NCBI GenBank assembly: GCA_032718475.1
Contig: JAUCBJ010007444.1
Span: forward strand, 1 to 51,606
Length of the DNA stretch: 51,606 bases
Direction of reading: 5' to 3'
From: Nemertoderma westbladi
Taxonomy: Eukaryota; Animalia; Xenacoelomorpha
In this document: positions 1-12,477 of the stretch, piece after piece
How positions within the stretch are numbered: position 1 is the stretch's first letter
How the letters are laid out: each line of letters starts with the position of its first letter
The notes under the pieces: model-generated
Told to the model about the DNA's origin: nothing
The model's database searches: none
What the model saw: the letters and a program-made list of their open reading frames with translations, nothing else
Made by a program: the position numbers and the translations under genes

Positions 1-1814
1 GCTTATAAAACGCGAGTGTAGTTCTTATTAGTTGTTTAGCCTCGGCTCTAGCACCTTGACGTCTTCTGATTAGTTGTTTGTCCCACCCTCGCGAAAACGA
101 AGTAATAGTAAATTAATTGAATTGGAACGGTTTAAAAAAAATTATGCATATGAAAAAAATATTATTGAAATAAGTACATCTTTTGTCATCATTTATTTGT
201 TATTAGAAATAAATTAAAATTGCATACATCCAATGTTTCTCAGATATCTTATTTCTTAACTTCTCTATATTTGTTATATTTAATAATTCAATTATTGCAT
301 ACCTTTTTTACGCTATACCAATGGTGTTAAATTACTCGTCGAATGCATAACAGATTAAGAAAAGTAACAGGGAATCCCCTCATGTTATTATTTATGACGC
401 GTCCAGCATAGTACAACTCCCTACTCCAATACTACAGCCAATCGGATTGCAGTATTATTTTGTAAAGGCCTTGTTGCAGCTTACTAATGTTGTGATGTCT
501 TGGTATGGAAGCCTTGGGGATAGGTCCCATTTTATTCAACCAATGGGGATCGAGAATTCCCTTGTGTTGTTCCCTGCTTGTAGTATTATCTTTTATAAAC
601 ATATACTTTTATAAGTTTATAAAATAATATCAAATATTTGTAGATCATGTAGATTTTGGTTTTAGGGGTTTAGATTTCTGGGCTGTATGTTTTCGTACGT
701 AAATGGATAGTGGGACATTCTCGGAGGATGTACTGCTGGGGGAAGATGGATCTGAAGAGAAATCGGAATGTGGAAGTTCTAGTTGGGTTGGGGTTAAAGA
801 AGAAGGGCCAGAGGGAACAATCGGTACTGAGGAAGGTAACTGATGGACGTTTGGGACACTGGGATATGAATGCTCACCGTAAAGGTCTCTGTTGCCGGGA
901 GGGAAGCTGGTCCATGCTACCTGTGGCGGTGGCAGGGACACGGATGCGGGCAGCGGTGCCTCCAGCTGAATGTAATCAGTCGCCACAAATGTGGCACGAT
1001 CACTTCCAACAGCCACAGGCACAGCTACCACCGGGTCCTCCATAAACACAGCGTCCCAGACCGAACGCAAGTCGAAGGACATCGCTAAGTGCAGGGCCAG
1101 TCAGCTGGGGTGGTTGGGCCACATCAGCTAGCCCAGTTAATTGTGGCGTTTCAGCCACAATGTCCTGGCCCACTGATTGTGGCTTGGCCACCACCTTAGC
1201 CCTCGGCTTCCGCAGTTTCGCTTGTCCAGATCGATCTGGGACGTCAGTAAATGACAGGGGCTGGATGGGATCGGTGATAGTCATGTATCGAATCTGTGCC
1301 GAGACCCGAGTGGTCTCCCAACGGATAAGGGGAATAACTGAACTAATAAAGAAAAACAACTCCCTAATACAAAATTATTCGATTAGGTAAACCTCCTACA
1401 TTCCGGTAACAATCCTGCTATCGGTACCGGTACCTACCATCAAACTAATTAAGTTTATTAAACTCACTGATTTCACCGAGATTTTCTCTGCTTTAACAAC
1501 CGACGTCAGATAATACACTGTATAATGTCACCCAATATAACCAACAACCATCCAAACCAACCAGCCAACGGTTTGGTAAATTACATTTCGAGTTTAATTT
1601 CTTCGATAGATTCGTCGTCCTCGCCTCGGCCTCGTAGGATTACGTATAAATTGTACATAATGCGATTAGAATGAACGGCAAACACGTTTGGAGTAACAGG
1701 TAAGGAGATGCGGACCGAAAAAGTCAACAAAAATACGAAGGAACCACACACAAGCAATGTCATGAAGCTGTTTTGTTCAATAGCACAATCCGCCAGTCTG
1801 CAGTATGGCAGCCA

Positions 1815-4196
1815 ACAACGGGGATAATACCGATCCTTGAGGGGTGCCACATATAAGGTCTAACGGTGGTGATGCGCAATTATTTAAAAATACTGATTGT
1901 GTACGATTTGATAAAAAACTTTTGATTACATTTTGAGGGTTTCCGCGAATTCCGTAAGATTCTAATTTTTTTAATAAAATTCCGTGATCCAGGGTATCAA
2001 ACGCTTTTTTAAGGTCGATATAGATCGCGCAGGCTGAGTGTTTCGAGTCAAGAATAGATCTAATTTTTTCGGTGACAGTTAAAATTGCAGACGACGTGGA
2101 TATTTTTTTCCTAAAACCAAACTGACGGGATGTTAGTATTGCAAAACGATCAAGATATGTTTGAAGCTGAGAGTATATAATTTGTTCATAAATTTTGCTA
2201 AAAACGGGTAATAGGGAAATAGGTCGATAATTATTAGGATCGAGTGGATCACCACCTTTATAGCTCGGAATTACTTTAGCAACTTTTAGGCAGTCGGGAA
2301 AGTGTCCAATAGAGATAGATAAGTTAATCAGGTAAGTCAGATGGTGCGCAATAGGTTCAGCAATGAGTCTCAAGAGTTTCGTTGGGAACGTATCGTTGGT
2401 AGAAGAGTTAGGATCTAAGTTTAGGATGAGGTAGTGGATTTCTTGAATAGTAGTGGGTATCAGAGCGAATGAGTTCGAGTGACGGTTGCGGATGTGGCGT
2501 GTAGGTGACCTTACTGAGTGGGGTATAGATCGTTCTAACTTTGGACCAATTGAGCTAAAATGATCATTTAAGATCGATGAAATTTTTACCGGATCGTTTG
2601 TAGTCTTAACGCCCTCATTGGTGATAAAATTAATTTTGGTTGGTACTGCTAATTTTTTTGATCTGTTCAAAACGGAATTAATAACTGACCAGGTTTTACG
2701 CATATTACCTCTACTTTTATTAAATTGAGTTTCATAATATTGTTGTTCAGCCGCTTTTAATATGGTATTAAGCTTATTTTTATATTTTTTATATGACAAT
2801 TCATTAAATGCCGTCGGGACTTTAACAAATTTTTGAAATAATTGATTTTTTTTCTTAATAGATTTTATTAATAATGTGGTTATCCATGGTTTACGGGGGA
2901 TTCTTTTTTTCGGTACAATTTTTGTTGGCAGATGCTTGTTACATAATTGTTGAAAACTGGTATAAAAGTGATTAAATTTTGATTCGTTCGGAATATTTTG
3001 CGATTTGTATGAACACATTTCAGCTGATCTGAAGTCAGACATAAAGTTATTTGCATTAAATTTAGAAAAATCGTATGTTGTTATATTTTTACTTTGTTCA
3101 AAAAATGCTGAGTATTCATGAAAGATTGCAAAAGTTGCTAAGTGGTCAGTACTGCCGTAATCCGATAGAAACACTCCTGAGCTATTAATACGTGTTGTTA
3201 TATTTGTGATTATATGATCCAACGTGGAGTTGGCTCCAAACACAATGCGTGTTGGTTGTTTAATAAGCTGTGAAAATCCGAAAGAATTTAAAGTTTGCAG
3301 ATATTGAGAACTTTCAGACGTTGTTTTGTTCAGGTTTACGTTAAAATCACCAGTAATCACGACATCCACATTGAGGTTGGATATCGTAATTAAAAGTGAT
3401 TCCAAAATTTCCTGAAATTTATTAAATTTAACTGAAGGAGGTCTATATATTATTCCTACTAAGAGTTGCTTATTATTTTTGGTTTTAATTTGAATCCATT
3501 TATTTTCTATTCCATCAACTGTTAATTCGGGTTTATCAACGAATGGAATATTATCTTTGATATAGTATCCCACCCCCCACCCAGAACCATGTACTCGTCC
3601 ATTCGGCCGGTCTGATAGTTTCGGACCGATATATCCCTCTAGCTTTAGATTAGTTAAGTTATCGTTAGCGCCTACTGGTGTTTCTGAGAATGTTAGAATA
3701 TCGAATTCATGCTCTAAAGTACTTAAAATATCTGTAGTTGGTGAAAAATTTTTATTTAAACTCCTGCAGTTGAGAAAATGAAAAATTCGGTTTAGAGTCT
3801 ATCAGGTGAACTTCATCATTAAATCCCTCGTCAGTGTAGTATTCACTATATCGGGCAGTGTTTATTAAATTTTGGATTTGAAAAGCTACTGTATATATTA
3901 TCGTAGCGTGATGAGCATTCAAAAATATCACAATCGTCCGTAGAAATATTTACAAAGGGGAAGATATCATTATAACAATATAAACAATAATTGCCAGAGA
4001 ATGATGCAGACCTGTATGATTCATGGAGTTCAGTGGTGGTCAGGTAGGAACCGCAGGGAAGATGGAACCAATTTTTACATAAAACGCAATGAAATTGTAT
4101 ATCAGATGGGACAAACCCTGAGTAGCAGAAAGTGCACGAATGGATAGGGGAATGGGACAAAGGACAAGGGACAGACATCGTAAAATAACTATACAA
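1815..4196 (-). pseudogene. LINE ORF2: PHD finger, APE endonuclease, partial reverse transcriptase
   Basis: PHD-like C/H pattern in 3846..4196. APE motifs FLNCRSL, FSET, IYRPP, GDFN, TDH. RT motifs NYRPISLL, QFGFR, DLKKAFD, PQGS. Frameshifted near 3800, and no YADD because of the truncation. Confidence 0.9.
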
Positions 4197-4909
4197 TGTT
4201 AGAATGTAACCTGACTAACTGACTAACAACATTATTACAGTCTACATATTGTCGTAAATCTTACATATAAGAACTAAGGCGATATTATTGTAATCTTAAA
4301 TCATATATATCTTGAGAGATAAATGCAACCGGTACATACAGTAGTCGTAATCTTAAATCATATATATCTTGATAAATAATCGCAACCGGTATGTACAATG
4401 GAACACCCCCACTGGCTATACAATACAATTATCGTAAATTATCATATATCTTATATGTATTATATATATATGTATTTATTTACTGTTTTAATATAATAAA
4501 ATAAATATATTTCAAGGGCTAAGGGCCCACATTGTCAATAATCAACTGAATGTAAACATAATTAATGAATTATTACAGCTACCTATTTATGAAATGTTTT
4601 TAACAGTACAAAGGTACCTAACTACCTAACTACTAAATTACTATACGCACAAAATTATTTAATTTTCAGGAACCCCCCGCTTTCCAACACTGCTATACTT
4701 AAATGATCTACGTCTGTGGATAATCTCTTGTTAACTGCCCGGGGTCCCAATGATTGAATATACATACTCTCATAGTAAATAAAACTTAATTCTTATTGAT
4801 ATTGCATTACCATCTTCAATCGACTATTAACTAATATATGTATTTATATATATTATATCACATCCAATGCGATATGTAATGGGATGTTCCGTTCATAGTA
4901 TCTATTATT

Positions 4910-5850
4910 TCAATAATTACCATCATTATTGTCAATAAGTACCACATATGGGTTATCAGGTTTGGGATTTGGAACTGCAACCTCCCCGGCACCGGTACCG
5001 GTACCAGGAATCGATGAACGAGGTGATCGACGGAGAGGAGGATGTCCTCCGACCGTGCCCAAGTTGCTGGTGGCTAAGGTGGGATCGGATTCCTGAGGAA
5101 CTTCGTTGCCGTTTCCCGACGATCGGTTATCGGTAACTGGAGTCACCAAAGGGCGGGAAACCCTGTCTACATCGCTGTTTGAGTACACCTGGATTGGCTC
5201 CCCATTCAGTGATACACGTATCGTGACTACTCCATTGTACGAGTAGGCAGAGTGTAGCCGTTGGGTTTTTTTCATTTTCAGTGCATAGTGAAGGACAGCC
5301 TTCGACGCGGGGTTAGTTGGTCCGTCATATAAACACCTTCCGGGAGTGCTTTATGATTACCAAATGCTACCCAGCGCCGACGAATGGCCGTAAAAACGAA
5401 CAATAATGGGCGAAACTTTATATTGACCTCGCTAGTATGGGGCTTTGGTTTCCCCAGACGGTGAAAAACATCAACTGAGTTGATGTGTATACCTAGGCTA
5501 GATAGTATACCTGTAATCTGTTCACGATCTTTGGTCCTCGTAGACCCAGTTCTGTTTCCGGTACCGGTACCTTCGTGAATCCCGTGGAAGAGTATCGAGT
5601 GGCGCCGCTCGTACTGGTCCAGATCATCAATGGTTATCGCTTGAGCAGCAATTTCTTTCTTTAAGGATATATTATCCTTCTTGAGAGTTTCGTTTTCCTT
5701 TATCAACATGGGGATGCTGTCTAATTGCGATTTAATCAGTTTAACGTCGTCGTCTAATGTATCGAATTTCGATTCGATCAATTCTTTTAATTTTTCAATC
5801 GCCGTATCCCAGTTGTCCGCCTTGGGACCCATTATTATACAATTGTTCAT
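4910..5850 (-). pseudogene. LINE ORF1 (coiled coil + RRM-like), one frameshift near 5305
   Basis: Coiled coil followed by DDLDQYERRHSILFHGI, VDVFHRLG and VYMTDQLT, typical ORF1 motifs. A frameshift joins KAVLHYALKMKKTQ into ORF 4910..5275. Confidence 0.8.
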
Positions 5851-6073
5851 TTGTAAGTTAAGTCAGTGAGTGTGTAGCATGTACATGTAAGACTGTACAA
5901 TCAGTCAGTCAGCAGTCAGGCAGTTTATCCTGTCATTGCTAGTATAAATAACTCTCAGCGAAGGTAGGCTAGGTAATCAACCAAATCTGCCCGCAAATAT
6001 AGACTATAAACATGACATATCAATAGAAAAATCAGAGGTTGCTTCCATCATTTCGGTTACCATGGCATCAGTT

Positions 6074-7654
6074 GTGGCTCCGACCAGTGCACCAGTGGCT
6101 CCGAGCAGTTCACCAGTGGTTCCGACTAGTGCACCAGTGGCTCCGACCAGTTAACCAGTGGCTCTGACCAGTTCACCAGTGGTTCCGACCAGTGCACCAG
6201 TGGCTCCTACCAGTGCACCAGTGGCTCCGAGCAGTTCACCAGTGGTTCCGACCAGTGCACCAGTGGCTCCGACCAGTTCACCAGTGGCTCCGACCAGTTC
6301 ACCAGTGGCTGCGACCAGTGCACCAGTGGCTCCGACCAGTTCACCAGTGGCTCCGACCAGTGTACCAGTGGCTGCGACCAGTTCACCAGTGGTTCCGACC
6401 AGTGCACCAGTGGCTCCGACCAGTTCACCAGTGGCTCCGACCAGTGCACCAGTGGCTGCGACCAGTTCGACAGTGGATCCGACCAGTTCACCAGTGGCTT
6501 CGACCAGTGCACCAGTGGCTCCGACCAGTTCACCAGTGGCTCCGACCAGTGTACCAGTGGCTGCGACCAGTTCACCAGTGGTTCCGACCAGTGCACCAGT
6601 GGCTGCGACCAGTTCGACAGTGGATCCGACCAGTGCACCAGTGGCTCCGACCAGTGCACCAGTGGTTCCGACCAGTTCACCAGTAGGCACGACCAGTTCA
6701 CCAGTGGTTCCGACCAGTTCACCAGTGGCTCTGAAAAGTTCACCAGTGGCTCCGACCAGTTCACCAGTCGTTCCGACCAGTCACCAGTGGCTCCGACCAG
6801 TGCACCAGTGGCTGCGACCAGTTCGACAGTGGATCCGACCAGTGCACCAGTGGCTCCGACCAGTGCACCAGTGGTTCCGACCAGTTCACCAGTAGCAACG
6901 ACCAGTTCACCAGTGGTTCCGACCAGTTCACCAGTGGCTCTGAAAAGTTCACCAGTGACTCAGACCAGTTCATCAGTGGTTCCGACCAGTCACCAGTGGC
7001 TCCGACCAGTTCACCAGTGGTTCCGACCAGTGCACCAGTGGTTCCGACCAGTCACCAGTGGCTCCGACCAGTTCACCAGTGGTTCCGACCAGTGCACCAG
7101 TGGTTCCGACCAGTGCACCAGTGGTTCCGACAAGTGCACCAGTGGCTCCGACCAGTTCGCCAGGGACTTTTACCAGTGCACCAGTGGCTCCGACCAGTTC
7201 ATCAGTGGTTCCGACCAGTTCGCCAGTGGATCCGACCAGTGCACCAGTGGCTCCGACCAGTGCACCAGTGGTCCGACCAGTTCACCAGTAGAAACGACCA
7301 GTTCACCAGTGGTTCCGACCAGTTCACCAGTGGCTCTGAAAAGTTCACCGGTGGCTCCGACCAGTTCACCAGTGGTTCCGACCAGTCACCAGTGGCTCCG
7401 ACCAGTTCACCAGTGGTTCCGACCAGTGCACCAGTGGTTCCGACCAGTCACCAGTGGCTCCGACCAGTTCACCAGTGGCTCCGACCAGTGCACCAGTGGT
7501 TCCGACCAGTTCACCAGTAGCAACGACCAGTTCACCAGTGGTTCCGACCAGTTCACCAGTGGCTCTGAAAAGTTCACCAGTGGCTCCGACCAGTTCACCA
7601 GTGGTTCCGACCAGTTCACCAGTGGTTCCGACCAGTTCACCAGTGGTTCCGACC
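6074..7654. repeat. 21-bp minisatellite (consensus ~CCAGTGGYTCCGACCAGTKCA), about 75 units
   Basis: Directly visible tandem array with occasional 20-bp units and a recurring variant CTCTGAAAAGTTC near 6730, 6938, 7334 and 7563. It explains the repetitive ORFs on both strands. Confidence 0.97.
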
Positions 7655-7859
7655 TAACTCATAGACATAACTGTAAGTTAATTAGAGAAAATAGTGGTGA
7701 GTTGATTATAATTCATAGACAAACTCCAGGGAATATCATCAGGTGTAGATGACTATGGTCCATGCCCACATTGTTTGGGATGGTATGTGAGAAAATAAAT
7801 GTGGCGCCATCGGTGTTTGTTGAAAGATTATTCTATTGGATTCAGGGCACATTAAATTA

Positions 7860-8085
7860 CATAGCAGATTACGATTCAGTGGGCATTGCTGGCGAAGTAA
7901 AGACGAGGTCGTACCAGATCTACTTTTCTGGCAACCAACTCATGGAAAGGGTAGTCGTGGACGTCCGGCCATAACATAGATAGATCAACTTGAAAAGGAT
8001 ACTGAACTTAGGAGAAACGAAATTGCGACAACTATGGAGAATCAGGAAGCCTGGAAGGATCTAATTTCCACTGTCCGATTTAATT
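7860..8085 (+). mobile_element. RTE-clade LINE 3' end, 5'-truncated (copy 1)
   Basis: Translates to RLRFSGHCWRSKDEVVPDLLFWQPTHGKGSRGRPAIT...MENQEAWKDL, the characteristic RTE ORF C-terminus. Confidence 0.8.
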
Positions 8086-8460
8086 TGTAATTCGAACGGA
8101 GTACCTCGACAAAGAGCCAAGAGCTCGAAATCGATCGGAAATAAAAGCGTTTTTCAATAGTGAAGGAGGGGAGTCCCCGGAGGTGATCCTTACTTTCTAA
8201 TATGTACCAAAATCCCCTTAAGTCGGCGTGTCGTTACATTCTAGCATTCAAATATGACAGTTTTAATTTCCTTGTAAAAGGTTGTTGCACCAATGTTGCT
8301 GTAATATTTATCTACCAGGCATTGTTCGACATACAAAACAAAATTTTAAAAAATAACAAATCTCATATACATGTTCATAAGTATGTAGCACAAGCACAAA
8401 TTATTTTAATTTTATTGATTTGATATTATATTTTACAAAAATCTTCGAAAATACTAAATA

Positions 8461-8520
8461 TACCTTGGATCGAACTCACGACTTTATCCTTTACATACTG
8501 ACGCTCTAACCAATAACAGA
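8461..8520 (-). other. tRNA-like / SINE-head remnant
   Basis: Minus strand has A-box-like TGGTTAGAGCG and B-box GAGTTCGATCC at tRNA-like spacing, but no complete cloverleaf. Confidence 0.4.
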
Positions 8521-8734
8521 ATAAGCTAATACCACCTGAGGTACATTCATATAAATAGTTTAAACTAACTTTACTTTTATAAACCTTAATGTTTTCGTTT
8601 TATTATGTTTGCATTTATTTACATTATATCAATTTTTATTCCACCTCACCGCTGTTTAGCTAGACTCAATACGTGTGATCCAGCAACCCGCACGGCGGTG
8701 AGCTTGTACTTTTAAAGTGAAACTCATTTTTATA

Positions 8735-8830
8735 TTAACCCTATTAGTACCGGGCTATAAAATGTTGTACAAATACCGGGGGGGGGGGGGGGAGGGTCAT
8801 ATTGACCCCCCCTCTAAAATCTACAAATAT
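8735..8830 (+). mobile_element. Single terminus of a piggyBac-like DNA transposon
   Basis: TTAA followed by CCCTATTAGTACCGGG and a G-run/C-run palindrome; same CCCTATTA terminus as the element at 45168. No partner end found. Confidence 0.5.
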
Positions 8831-8905
8831 TTACGAAAACGTCTGAATTTTTGTTTGTACGTAGGTATCACTTGTCTTGGTGAAACAAGAAACGATTCAG
8901 TTTAA

Positions 8906-9112
8906 GATACAGTGGGCACTGCTGGAGAAGTAAAGACGAGGTCACACCAGATCTACTTTTCTGTGTACCAACACATGGAAAGCGTAGTAGTGGACGACCG
9001 GCTATAACATATCAGTTTGAAAGGGATACTAAACTTGAAAGAAAGGAAATTGCGACAACTATGGAGAATCGGGAAGCCTGGAAGGATCTCATTTCCACTG
9101 TCCGAATTTTAA
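8906..9112 (+). mobile_element. RTE-clade LINE 3' end, 5'-truncated (copy 2)
   Basis: Diverged direct copy of 7872-8080 (SGHCWRSKDEV...THGKRSSGRPAIT...MENREAWKDL). Confidence 0.8.
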
Positions 9113-9899
9113 GTAGTTTTTTTGTAATGTAATTGGTATAATGGTACATTAAATAATGCTTTAAAAATTCAACTGAAATTAAATGAGTTCTTTACAACAT
9201 ACGGGAGTAATATAAAGCGTTATAGGAGTAAGATAAATTATTAGTGAAATCCAGCAATGTAATTCCCACATATCAATTAGAGCTATGTATGTAGCAGCGA
9301 TGTAGATGTGCATCTCCGCATACATCTAGTTTTAAGGAATTTGTGCAAACACTTGAACTTCACATAGGTTTATCGTAGGTGGACTATTGGTACTCATTAG
9401 TAGTATGAATTGGCCACGTTTTCCATTGCAATTAACAGACGTTACTCCACCACCAGACAGAGTCCCAAAGGTTTCCACATCGCTACCAGGAAGGCTCTGG
9501 ATATAATATGTCGCATCAACCGCATAGACCTTAAAAATAGAGAAGAGCTATAATTATGTACTAATACTAAATAGCAACGATGTATGAGTTGTATTTTTCG
9601 TTTACTTTTCAATTTTATCGTAAGCTTTGACCAATCATGTATTAATTTATTCAATTTAAATTAATTTTGTTCTAGTTTACTTTGAGAATCCGAATAGCAT
9701 GATTTTTATATTGTTATATGTGTAACAAATATAACAATTATATAGTTGTATAGTAATAAAATTTAATATAAAAATGTTGATTAGTTGACTTAAATAGCAT
9801 TTCTATACAAAGATTTGTATCAATTAATTCCTAATAAAAAATAAATCATTGGATCTGGTTTGTATTTGACCTGTAATAGCTTCTATAATCGGCCTGTTG

Positions 9900-10092
9900 C
9901 TGCATTGCAACAGCACATTGAGATGCTTAACAAAAAATTTTTTAAGTGCCATCCATAGATTAGGTAACATCAGCAGTTAGAGCTCAGTATGGACTACCAG
10001 GAGTACTGGTTCAACTGTTGCTCTAAATAGTCGAACCTTTAGTTTCTGATGTATCGTATGTGACTTACAAATCCTTGAGAGTCCTTGTGACA
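9900..10092 (-). mobile_element. Degenerate RTE LINE fragment, downstream part of the target split by element D
   Basis: Minus translation ICKSH..QKLKVRLFRATVEPVLL...MDGT matches the post-RT region of RTE; the upstream part is at 16353-16560. Confidence 0.65.
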
Positions 10093-10659
10093 TGTGACGG
10101 GATCCGAGAATCCCGACCGGTGTGGTTTATTTACGCGTCCCCGCCGCCAGTGAAAGAGTTCGTTATATTGTTATCGTTCCGACGTTGTTAATGAATATAA
10201 AATATAGTATCGAATAAATGAATAGACAGATAGCACAGTTGATGGTGAAATCAGAATATCCGGTAAAATATTGATGGTGGTGGCGGCAACGGTAATAAAG
10301 GTTGCCGTTCTGCCCTAACTGAACTGACTAAGTTGACTAAATGAATGACAAGTATCAATGGGTAATATACTGCACTGGGTTGGCCGTATTACTCAGCGGA
10401 TGCCTGCCTCCCATTGGCTAATAACCTAATTCTCGCCCTCCCATCTCTCTGGGAGTGTTTTCCCCCTCCACTGTCACTTTCCCTCTCCCGGAGGTATGAC
10501 CTCTGACCCCCATTGTGTGTGGCCCTTTGGGGTTTGTCGTCCCCGTTTATTGGGGTGATACGAGGTCGATTGGCAATCAACCTCGTACTCCCCAATATTG
10601 CTTAAAGGCCCCGCTTGTCCAACTTTATGGGGTGGTTAGCGGAATTGAATTCGCTAACA
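10093..10659 (-). repeat. 3' LTR of element D
   Basis: Direct repeat of 15785-16352; preceded on the minus strand by the purine tract GGGGGGGAG. Confidence 0.95.
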
Positions 10660-11261
10660 CTCCCCCCCATGCTATCTTCACGGTGAGAAGATAGCATCCA
10701 CCTCTAGTGCGCTACAATTCTGCTGGATCCCGATTTACTATCGGGTGTGGGGTGGAGTTATTTTCCCGGAGCCGGCTTTCCAGGCCGCTCCCTACGGGTA
10801 TGATATCGCTACCCTGTCTTGGTGCACTTTGTCTATCTTACACCAAGACATCTGGCGTCCCGTGTCGGGCCGATTGTGGGCTTCTCTCGCACAATTTTTG
10901 TTTCCCCAACACCTTCGCCACTCTAACTCCGCTCTAACTGACTCTAAGCTCTTACCCTGACTCTCCTATACTTCTCTTTACTTCCGTTCTAACTCTCGGA
11001 CCTCCCAGTCCCTCACTCTGCATCTTACTTCTCCCCCCCCCCCCCCCCACACTTGAATCGTACCCGCACTCTCTCCGCGCTATTACTCAACCCCTATCTC
11101 ACCCACTCACTCCTGACGAGTCTCACCCCCCTCCTGTGCCGTCGCACTCAAGAAGAAGAGTTACTAGAGTCTTACTACTCACTACGTGATGCCCTCAGCG
11201 ACCACAGGTTTCGCACTTTCCTTACTCCTTGGCAATAGCATGCGTACATACCCCCCTCACT

Positions 11262-12330
11262 TTGTGCCCTCTCTACTACTCTACTACCTGGCACCCTATG
11301 TGCCCTCTCTACTACTCTACTACCTGGCACCCTATGTGCCCTCTACTACTCTACTACCTCTAACTCTACTACGTGGCACCCTATGTGCCCGTCTCTACTA
11401 CTCTACTACCTGGCACCCTATGTGCCCGTCTCTACTACTCTACTACCTGGCACCCTATGTGCCCGTCTCTACTACTCTACTACCTGGCACCCTATGTGCC
11501 CGCCTCTACTACTCTACCTGGCACCCTCAACTATGGCTATGTATACATGCTCCCCCTCAATTCCGTACGTGACGCCCTCAGTGCCGTCAAAGGTGCTCAT
11601 ACTTCCCGTACTTCATACAAGGTACTCCTACACCTAGGTGCTCATACTTCTCATATTTCATACAAGGTACTCCTACACCTAGGTGCTCATACTTCTCATA
11701 TTTCGTACAAGGTACTCCTACACCTATGCATACACCTCGGCATGTCCGTACCCTTTTCTGTCCAACCTACTGGACCACTCAACAATCTATGGGCCACCCC
11801 TCCATCACGCATCTCTCCCATCTTTATCTACTTCCTCTACATATATCTCTACATCTACTCCCTCTACTCTATCTACGTCTTATCCCCTTTACGTCTCCTC
11901 GCCTGCACGTGACGCTCTGAGTGCCGGCAAAGTGGGTATGTTAATTATGTGAACTACTACTAACTCATACTAACTCAACTAACTCTACTACTAACTCAAC
12001 TAACTCTACTACTAACTTCTTGTGCCCGGCACCTCTTGTGCCCGGCACCCACCCTAATTAACATACCCTGCTCTTACATCAAACACGTCATCACGCCCGT
12101 GCCCTACTTAGTTCAACGCATCCCCTCCCCAATATTGCTCAAAGGCACCGCTTTCCCAACTAGTGGTACTACGTACCCTCTTACCACTAACTAACTCTCC
12201 CAACTAACGGTACTACGTACCCTCTTACTACTAACTAACTATCTAACTAACGGTACTACGTACCCTCTTACTACTAACTAACTATCTAACTAACGGTACT
12301 ACGTACCCTCTTACTACTAACTCTTACTAA
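11262..12330. repeat. Tandem arrays in the 3' non-coding region of D (~37-bp x ~7 at 11262-11528; 45-bp x3 at 11591-11725; ~43-bp x4 at 12165-12330)
   Basis: Units CTACCTGGCACCCTATGTGCCCGTCTCTACTACTCTA, AGGTGCTCATACTTCTCATATTTCATACAAGGTACTCCTACACCT and GGTACTACGTACCCTCTTACTACTAACTAACTATCTAACTAAC are directly visible. Confidence 0.9.
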
Positions 12331-12477
12331 CTTCTATCTGCCTACTTACTCACTACATACTTAATACGTACTATTACTTTCTCTTTCTTTATTTATTATT
12401 TTTTTTATATTTATGTGTGGGAAGGGCGTCTCGCCATCAATCCCACCCCCTCAGTCCAAAGCTTGGACGACTAAACA

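Larger units (their letters stand above)
1815..6070 (-). mobile_element. CR1/L2-group non-LTR retrotransposon (two ORFs), 3'-truncated inside RT, degenerate
   Basis: ORF1, a ~700-nt spacer, then PHD-APE-RT in order on the minus strand. RT breaks right after PQGSVLSPLL (~1815). The 5' end abuts the minisatellite at ~6070; both boundaries are approximate. Confidence 0.88.

Noticed and set aside
6151-7752. Long repetitive ORFs on both strands as real genes, or the array as a CRISPR
   Set aside because: They are by-products of a 21-bp tandem unit with few stops. There are no unique spacers and no cas genes, and the context is eukaryotic.
10389-10595. Duplicated 68-aa ORF (also 16082..16288)
   Set aside because: It lies within the two LTRs and has no recognisable motif.
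11053-11952. Plus-strand ORFs in the 3' region of D
   Set aside because: Translations of short tandem repeats, antisense to the element.
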